Virus record (IMG/VR): IMGVR_UViG_3300020524_000002
Location: 1 to 30,477 of that record
Length of the DNA: 30,477 bases
Strand: one strand, 5' to 3'
From: a virus
Taxonomy: Duplodnaviria > Caudoviricetes
Below are positions 24,112 through 30,477 of the stretch, piece by piece. The notes under the pieces were generated by a model. That model was not told the DNA's origin and searched no databases. It saw only the letters and a list, made by a program, of their open reading frames with translations. Position 1 is the first letter of the stretch; each line of letters opens with the position of its first letter. The position numbers and the translations under genes are program-made.

Positions 24112-24465
24112 ATGATAACGATACCTTCCATACTCGAATCAGTCGCTACTCGGAAAGATGGCAGCGTTAAACTTACGTTTGGCACTAATGAACTTTCGCC
24201 AAATGTGATGACTGAACTATTCAGAGGTGTAAACAATTTTGTTTACTTGGCTATCAAAGATGAAGACTTCAAGCCGAATGAGATTGATAAGTTGAGTGCT
24301 TTGAAAGTTGATTATGACGATAGATCAAAGACTCAATCGCAAAGACTTCGCGGTGTGTTCTACAAGTTGTACGAGCAGGACAATGAAGGCTTCAAGTCAT
24401 TCACTACTTATTATGAACATCATATGGAGCGAGTGATTGAACACTTTAAAACAAAAATTTTGTAG
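24112..24465 (+). CDS. Hypothetical phage protein
   Basis: 117-aa ORF abutting the upstream stop, with a KT.SQRLR.V motif. Confidence 0.75.
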   Translation: MITIPSILESVATRKDGSVKLTFGTNELSPNVMTELFRGVNNFVYLAIKDEDFKPNEIDKLSALKVDYDDRSKTQSQRLRGVFYKLYEQDNEGFKSFTTYYEHHMERVIEHFKTKIL

Positions 24466-24486
24466 TCATCAAAATAGTACAAAAAA

Positions 24487-24777
24487 ATGGGCTTACATAA
24501 AGGGCAAACAAACAACCCGAACGGCAGACCGTCTGGAAGCAAGAACGAGAAGACTAAACAGTGGGAAGAACTACACGAATCAATCGTTGGTATTCACGCT
24601 GAAAAGTTCAATTCAATATTGCAACAATGGGCGGAGAGTTATGACGCTGAAGAACAAGCGCAGTTCGTCGACGCTTATATGAAGATACTTGAATACTTCA
24701 AACCTAAACAAGCAAGAACAGTTCACGCAGGTGAGCAAGATGCTCCCGTTCAAATTACAATTTCTGATAAGATATGA
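24487..24777 (+). CDS. Probable terminase small subunit
   Basis: N-terminal KGQTNNPNGRPSGSKN motif (G.SGNP.GRP type), small helical body and C-terminal beta-like tail PVQITI. Confidence 0.6.
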   Translation: MGLHKGQTNNPNGRPSGSKNEKTKQWEELHESIVGIHAEKFNSILQQWAESYDAEEQAQFVDAYMKILEYFKPKQARTVHAGEQDAPVQITISDKI

Positions 24778-25352
24778 TGCACCCAGTACCTACCAAATTC
24801 ACTAGCATAAAAGTTCATCATTATGTCGGTTGGCACAATGCCACAAATGACCTAATGAAGTACCGAGCAATTAGCGGAATCAGTGAGGAGCAGTTACGCA
24901 AGGTGAAGCTCGAAGACATCAACACCTGCAATGAACTTTTTGAAGAAGCATTGAAAGAATCAGTCGCTACCTTTAAACCGATTGTAACTCTATCCGGTAA
25001 AGATTACGGACTCATTCCAAATTTCAAAAATATATCAGCCGCTGAATTTGTCGACCTTGTAGAGTTCACTAAACCTGCTGCTATTTTTGACAACCTAGCC
25101 AAAGCATTGTGCATCTTATATCGTCCCGTCAATGCCAAGCTAGAGGACAAGTATGACATCGAGGTGTACGATAGCACCAAGCATATGGACAATGAATCGG
25201 TGATGCTGATGATGCCGATGGACATCGTTCAAGGTGCATTGGTTTTTTTTTCGATTGTTGCAAACGACTTGCAGAAATCTTCCCTGACATTTTTGGAGCA
25301 GAAGATGGAGGAGTTGATGATGACAGTTCAGGAGTTGAAGAACGAGCAGTAA
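24774..25352 (+). CDS. Tail-assembly-chaperone-like protein (unshifted product, 192 aa)
   Basis: Heads the tail module and has a T9 slippery run near its 3' end. Confidence 0.6.
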   Translation: MMHPVPTKFTSIKVHHYVGWHNATNDLMKYRAISGISEEQLRKVKLEDINTCNELFEEALKESVATFKPIVTLSGKDYGLIPNFKNISAAEFVDLVEFTKPAAIFDNLAKALCILYRPVNAKLEDKYDIEVYDSTKHMDNESVMLMMPMDIVQGALVFFSIVANDLQKSSLTFLEQKMEELMMTVQELKNEQ

Positions 25353-25516
25353 AGACGGTAGCAGAGCAATTCGGTTGGTACTACTTTATAATGCAGTTAG
25401 CCGATGAAGATTTGGTGAAATTCAAGGTACTGCTATATTATCCAATGGAGGAACTTCTTTACAATTATATGTATCGATTAAACATTAAAAGAGCAAGTAA
25501 TGTCAAACAGTTATAG
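25250..25516 (+). CDS. -1 frameshift extension of 24774 (fusion of about 247 aa)
   Basis: The -1 frame is open for 88 codons from the slippery site (FDCCKRLAEIFPDIFG...FGWYYFIMQLADEDLVKF...KQL) and fills the 25352-25500 gap. Confidence 0.75.
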   Translation, partial: FDCCKRLAEIFPDIFGAEDGGVDDDSSGVEERAVKTVAEQFGWYYFIMQLADEDLVKFKVLLYYPMEELLYNYMYRLNIKRASNVKQL

Positions 25517-27932
25517 GACACTCATAGAAAGGTTACGTCAATTCGCGGACGGTCACTACATCATTCAGAAGTTTTATCACGGGCAGATAGACGCTGCCGA
25601 TCTAGACAAAGAACCTAGATATCCAATGATGCACGTTCTACCCGTCGACATTCGGGCGAGTGAAGGAACGCTAGACTACGCTCTGGAGATTCGATTTGCT
25701 GACATTGGCAGAGACAAAGAAATCAAGACCGACTACCAGAAAGAAATCATTAGTGATATGTCGCGTCTTGCTCTATCACTTATTAGTGAGATTGAGAACG
25801 GTCAAGTATTGTTTGGAGAGGATGCTGAGATAGTAGACAAACAAGCTACCATCATTCCATTTATTGAGGAGTTCACTCACGTTCTAACGGGTGTTCAATT
25901 AAATGTTACTATCAGACTACCTTATAATTGGTCAGCTTGTGACATACCTGCGGACTATTCGCCAAACATCACAGACAACCCAGATACGGGCAGCGGAATA
26001 CTTACCAAAATTGGTGTGTATAATGACGGAGACTTTGTTGGCTACACTTCATTCTTAGATTTTTCAGATGACTTCAATGTAACTGTTAACGGTAATAAGA
26101 TAGAGGTCACTCTTGTGGGTGGTGGTGGAGGGGGCGCAGGTACGCTTCAAGAGACAACTGACTTGGGCAACACAACGACCAATGACATAGAGTTGATAGA
26201 TGCAGCCGAGTTATTATTCGGAGCAGGTGGTGGTGTGTTACTAGATAACGCTTCAAGACTTCGAGAGGGTACTATCGATGCGGGTACGGGCGGTAACAAT
26301 GGCATTGCTTTAATCTGTGGCGTTGGGTATGAACTTAAATGGGAAGCAGGTAGTCAGTATGTGATGAATGGCAATGGTGATAACATCCGTATTGTTAACT
26401 ACAAGTTCAACATCGTGCCATCAGCAACAGACGATAGTTCAAGTGGCTTCTATGTTGGTTCACGATGGATTCTAGACGATGGTGTATCTTACATCTGCAC
26501 GGATGCGACAGTAGACGCTGCGGTGTGGGAGATTGAAGTGTCACCTTTCATTCCATTAGCAGGAACGGATAGCGGAAGCCCCGTGACGGGGAGTATTGAA
26601 ACTACTTTAGGAGTAGAGGTGTTTGTTGAGAACTCCGCAAGGGCGGGAGTTTTATGGGATGACGGGACGGTACAAGTGTTCGGAAAAGCGTTAGACGCTT
26701 CTGAAACCACCGCGATAAATGTTAATCAAAGTGGTGTATCTGTTCAATCTGATGTTCCAACATTTGCGGGAGTTATTTATGACGCTGACTACTCCGCCAA
26801 CTTCAACAATCTTTCCCTTATCAATCAAGAAGTATTAAAGAAAAGAATTTGGACAAAGGCAGGAACGCCAACAGTAACAGATGACGCTTCGCTAGGTTAT
26901 TTAGTCGGCTCATTAATTTGGGACACGACTAACTCAATCTTATACAAATGTACTGACAATACGGGCGGTGCAGCGGTTTGGTCTGCCGCGATTGCAGGTG
27001 GTGGTGATATGCTGAAATCGGTTTACGATACAGACAATGACGGCATCGTAGATAGTGCTGAGACAGTTCAGATAGTTGTTCGCAATTCAACGGGCAGCAC
27101 ATTAACCAAAGGTCAGGTAGTATATCTATCTGGTGCAACGGGCAACCGACCAAACGCAATTCTTGCTCAAGCAGACACAGAGGCAACTTCGGATAAGACT
27201 ATCGGAATAGTAGTGGCTAACATTGCCAACAATGCAGATGGTCAGATAGCGGTAAGTGGTACGCTTCACAACCTAGATACTTCTGCTTTCACGGCAGGAG
27301 ATGCGGTGTGGTTAAGTGCGGCAACGGCAGGGGCGATAACGGCTACTGCCCCAGCTGAACCAAATCATACTGTCTTCATTGGCTACATCGCAAGAGCGCA
27401 TCCAACGCAAGGTCGTTTGGTTATTGCGATTCAAAATGGTTATGAGTTAGATGATATTCACGGTGTCAGTATCACAACACCTGCGACAGATGACTATTTA
27501 TATTATGCTGCTGATGGCTTGTGGAAGAATAGAGCGTTGCCTTCTCCCGTTTATTTGGAGTTAGTGAGGACGGGTTCAGTTATTCCCGTGTCAGCGACAA
27601 GATATGCGGCTGAAGGTCTTGCGGGTATTGCGACAAGTATAGTGATAACCATTGCGCCACGAAAATTATTTACAACGTTTCGAGTTTTTATCACAACTAC
27701 TCAACCTGCTTCTGGTACTTTAACAGTAATGAGAAAGTTTTACAATATCGCAGGTACTGAAATAGGTTCTCAGTCTCTTGTTATTGCCGCTTCAAGTGTC
27801 GCAGGTATTTACGAGTACACGGGAGCTACTTATGATATGAGCGCAACAAATGGTAGTTATGGATTCACGATCGTGAACGCAGCAACCTCTAGTAGTGCTA
27901 ACGTTAACTCGATAGAAAGTGTTTACGAATAA
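25500..27932 (+). CDS. Virion protein: tail-completion-like N-terminal domain fused to fibre/appendage modules
   Basis: About 150-aa globular N-terminus ending SACDIP, then Gly linkers, Thr/Ala/Gly-rich beta modules and a duplicated P..TDD.S.G..VGS...Y.CTD.T..AAVW unit. Confidence 0.7.
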   Translation: MSNSYRTLIERLRQFADGHYIIQKFYHGQIDAADLDKEPRYPMMHVLPVDIRASEGTLDYALEIRFADIGRDKEIKTDYQKEIISDMSRLALSLISEIENGQVLFGEDAEIVDKQATIIPFIEEFTHVLTGVQLNVTIRLPYNWSACDIPADYSPNITDNPDTGSGILTKIGVYNDGDFVGYTSFLDFSDDFNVTVNGNKIEVTLVGGGGGGAGTLQETTDLGNTTTNDIELIDAAELLFGAGGGVLLDNASRLREGTIDAGTGGNNGIALICGVGYELKWEAGSQYVMNGNGDNIRIVNYKFNIVPSATDDSSSGFYVGSRWILDDGVSYICTDATVDAAVWEIEVSPFIPLAGTDSGSPVTGSIETTLGVEVFVENSARAGVLWDDGTVQVFGKALDASETTAINVNQSGVSVQSDVPTFAGVIYDADYSANFNNLSLINQEVLKKRIWTKAGTPTVTDDASLGYLVGSLIWDTTNSILYKCTDNTGGAAVWSAAIAGGGDMLKSVYDTDNDGIVDSAETVQIVVRNSTGSTLTKGQVVYLSGATGNRPNAILAQADTEATSDKTIGIVVANIANNADGQIAVSGTLHNLDTSAFTAGDAVWLSAATAGAITATAPAEPNHTVFIGYIARAHPTQGRLVIAIQNGYELDDIHGVSITTPATDDYLYYAADGLWKNRALPSPVYLELVRTGSVIPVSATRYAAEGLAGIATSIVITIAPRKLFTTFRVFITTTQPASGTLTVMRKFYNIAGTEIGSQSLVIAASSVAGIYEYTGATYDMSATNGSYGFTIVNAATSSSANVNSIESVYE

Positions 27933-27940
27933 TAAATACT

Positions 27941-28480
27941 ATGCTAGACATTGACGATGAAATAGAAGCTTTGCTAAATGATATTGCGTCATCCATTGTG
28001 CAACGTGCAAAGGATAACTTGATGAAGAAACGCAAGGGGCGTGGTGTCACGGGCAATTACAATAGTGCAACGAACACTACTGGTAAGCTGCGTGATTCAT
28101 TGCGTTATAGAATAATCAACAGAGGTGGTGTGCCAGAGATGAAGTTTTACTCTAAGGGAGCGCAACAGTACGCAGATGTGATTGAGCAAGGCAGAAGACC
28201 AGGGCGAAAACCACCACCATCTGAATCACTTATTCAGTGGATAAAAGACAAGAACATAAAGCCAAGAGATGCCAATGGTAAGTTCATCAAAGTAAACAAT
28301 GTTGACAATTGGCGCAAAGGATTAGCCTTCATAATAGGGCGCAAGATTGCAAAGGACGGCTTCAAAGGGATTCACTATTGGGAGGAAGCAATTGAAACAG
28401 AACTTCAGACAAGAGGCAAAGACATAGCGAATACAATTCAAAAATATGTGGTTAAAAAAATAAACGAGGGATGGCTATAA
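27941..28480 (+). CDS. Neck/tail completion protein (HK97 gp10 / virion morphogenesis-like)
   Basis: Basic protein with TGKLRDSL and YA.VIE.GRRPG motifs. Confidence 0.65.
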   Translation: MLDIDDEIEALLNDIASSIVQRAKDNLMKKRKGRGVTGNYNSATNTTGKLRDSLRYRIINRGGVPEMKFYSKGAQQYADVIEQGRRPGRKPPPSESLIQWIKDKNIKPRDANGKFIKVNNVDNWRKGLAFIIGRKIAKDGFKGIHYWEEAIETELQTRGKDIANTIQKYVVKKINEGWL

Positions 28481-29766
28481 CTATTCAAGATAAACCTTAC
28501 TCAGCGACTAAGGTTGGTCAAAAATTAATCTATCGCGTGACATCTACCAATGTCGCAAACGATGGGTTTAAATTTGTATTTAAGATATACGAGGGGACTA
28601 CTAATCTGATATCGACTATCTATGTTCAGCCAACTCCTGAAGCTACGCCACAAGGTGTTCTAGACTTGTCTCCAATTCTTAAGCATAGAATGGAAGCAAA
28701 GCTTGATTTAGACACGGCAGACGTGAGTGTTGACTTTCAAGATAGCACCTATCCATACTATCTCTACAAGATAACAGTTCAAGAGGGTTATATCGTGAGT
28801 GGTGTGTTTACTATCAACGCGACAACATTAACTGAGTATCACTACCTGCTACCTTGTAGCTACTCTCATATGGATGGGTATCGACCTAACCCTGACAACA
28901 GATATGGTCTTGATGGATCAACGAAGTTATTGATGGGAGATAGGACATCATCTACCCATTTGCCTCGTGTCTATCCAGTTGGTCTTAGCGCATCATCCTC
29001 TCGCGTGTTCATTCCTATCCGTTCTAATAATTTGGATAGCGGATACCTATATTACATCACCGACTATTCAGACACACTGAGTGATAAAGATAGCGGCATA
29101 TCAACTGAGACGGCTATCAGAATGAAGCTTGTTCCGAGTGGTGGTGGTAACGTGTTCGAGACAGTTGTAGTGGGTGATAACGGACTCGTAAAGATTCCTG
29201 CCTATCCGAAAACATTAGAGACAACTACAACACTATTAAATCCTGCTGACTATCCAAACTTCAAATACTATTCGTTGATGGTCACAAATGACACCGGCAC
29301 AACTCAACTCAGTGCGGAATACATTTTTTATCCATACGATGAACCTTGTATTTATGACAATGTAAGACTCGCGTGGTGGTCACCGGTAAGCGGTGGGTTC
29401 GACTACTTTAACTTTGATAAAAAGAATGAGCAGTCGATAGAGGTTGAACGTAAACGTGTGCAGAGAGTTGTTGGTAACTATTCAACTGCTAGTGGTGGGT
29501 TTGCTTATGATACTGCTGACAGAGGATTGATGGAAGGGGACATTGAAACGCGAACTTACCTGACAATAGCTAGTGACTACATTCGAGAGAATGAATTTGC
29601 GCTTCTTAAAAATATGATAAGGAGCAAGAGTGTTTATATCATTAATGATGATGCTAGTATCTTGCCCGTAGTGATTGAGGAAAATAACTTTACTTCGCGT
29701 AGGACACGCGATGGTAAACTTTACCAACTGACAATTAAAGTACGTTATTCAAACGAAGACCTATGA
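28471..29766 (+). CDS. Tail structural protein (431 aa)
   Basis: In the tail module; beta-rich, with C-terminal L.W....GGFDYFNF and L....S..VY patterns. Confidence 0.65.
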   Translation: MAITIQDKPYSATKVGQKLIYRVTSTNVANDGFKFVFKIYEGTTNLISTIYVQPTPEATPQGVLDLSPILKHRMEAKLDLDTADVSVDFQDSTYPYYLYKITVQEGYIVSGVFTINATTLTEYHYLLPCSYSHMDGYRPNPDNRYGLDGSTKLLMGDRTSSTHLPRVYPVGLSASSSRVFIPIRSNNLDSGYLYYITDYSDTLSDKDSGISTETAIRMKLVPSGGGNVFETVVVGDNGLVKIPAYPKTLETTTTLLNPADYPNFKYYSLMVTNDTGTTQLSAEYIFYPYDEPCIYDNVRLAWWSPVSGGFDYFNFDKKNEQSIEVERKRVQRVVGNYSTASGGFAYDTADRGLMEGDIETRTYLTIASDYIRENEFALLKNMIRSKSVYIINDDASILPVVIEENNFTSRRTRDGKLYQLTIKVRYSNEDL

Positions 29767-30477
29767 TTCACTTAACACTCTACGATAGTTCAAACAATCC
29801 GTTCATTCTAGACTTGAATGAAGCGGAAAGTATCTATCTAAATAAGCAGTTCAGTAGCATATCTGACTTTACTACCAGGGGAGGTTACTCGCGTGACTTC
29901 CGCATTCCGATGACTGCACGAAATAGTGAGTTCTTTTCTAGTATCTGGAATCCAAACGAGGTAGGTTTCAACTTCAAGACGCGAGTGAAAGCGGTTGTGA
30001 GTGTTGATACTATTCCAATAGCGCAAGGTCACATACAAGTCAAGAAGGTTTACAGTAAAGGGGAGAGATGGCACGAGGCTGATATCGTTTTTTTTTCAAC
30101 GGTTCCAAACTTGATTTCTGCTATTGGTAGTAAGAAGATTTCAGAACTTACTCAGATTACTGAGTTAAATCACTCAATGATTTACGCAAATTGTCCGCTA
30201 CCATTTATTGATGGTAGTGTGAGATATGGTCTTACTGATCGCGGTCAAAAGTGGAGTGAGTTAGAAGCGGATTGGGCAGCAGGTGGCAGACCAATAGCAT
30301 CAACAACTAATCCTTTGTATGTCGGTGACCTTACACCATTTGTAAAAATTAAATGGTTATTCGATGAGGTGTTTAGTGATGCAGGATTCACTTACGAATC
30401 GTCATCACTTGAAACAATTATTCAACGCTACTATATGCCGTTTATCACGGGCAAGGACATCAAGACGGTTGAGACAA
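29763..30477 (+). CDS. Large tail/baseplate protein, 5' part (absent from the ORF track; continues at base 1)
   Basis: ATG 29763 (ATGA overlap) MIHLTLYDSSNNPFILDL...YSRDFRIP... stays open to the window end; 30351-29763=588 keeps frame with base 1. Confidence 0.88.
   Translation, partial: MIHLTLYDSSNNPFILDLNEAESIYLNKQFSSISDFTTRGGYSRDFRIPMTARNSEFFSSIWNPNEVGFNFKTRVKAVVSVDTIPIAQGHIQVKKVYSKGERWHEADIVFFSTVPNLISAIGSKKISELTQITELNHSMIYANCPLPFIDGSVRYGLTDRGQKWSELEADWAAGGRPIASTTNPLYVGDLTPFVKIKWLFDEVFSDAGFTYESSSLETIIQRYYMPFITGKDIKTVET
30351..30477. repeat. Terminal direct repeat, right copy
   Basis: Identical to 1-127. Confidence 0.95.

Noticed and set aside
1-30477. Alternative genetic code, diversity-generating retroelement, or lysogeny module
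   Set aside because: Genes are intact and densely packed under the standard code; I recognised no reverse transcriptase, template/variable repeat pair, integrase or CI-like repressor.

Overview
This window looks like a complete circular genome (about 30,350 bp) of a small tailed dsDNA phage. Bases 1-127 repeat exactly at 30351-30477, and one tail gene reads in frame across the join. The host is probably a Bacteroidota (Flavobacteria-like) bacterium, judged from TAnnTTTG/TTTG promoter motifs, A-rich starts without Shine-Dalgarno sites and a lipoprotein carrying a KKEE export signal. Two arms diverge from about 20530-20650. The leftward arm holds HTH, SSB-like, DnaA-C-like and replication genes, then terminase large subunit and a spanin-like pair. 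The rightward arm holds VRR-NUC, sigma-like, C5 methyltransferase, TerS-like, tail, protease, scaffold, capsid, portal, holin, amidase and phosphoesterase genes. I recognise no integrase, polymerase, helicase or primase. The most striking unexplained signals are non-coding: (1) a roughly 90-nt promoter-to-terminator unit at 4864-4964 that is antisense to the ACACAATG start-codon context shared by many non-structural genes; (2) a three-hairpin element at 21917-22038 with a 7-bp loop-loop complementarity next to a polypyrimidine tract; (3) candidate -1 frameshifts in a chaperone-like gene and in the portal gene. All protein calls come from motif recognition by eye; no searches were run.
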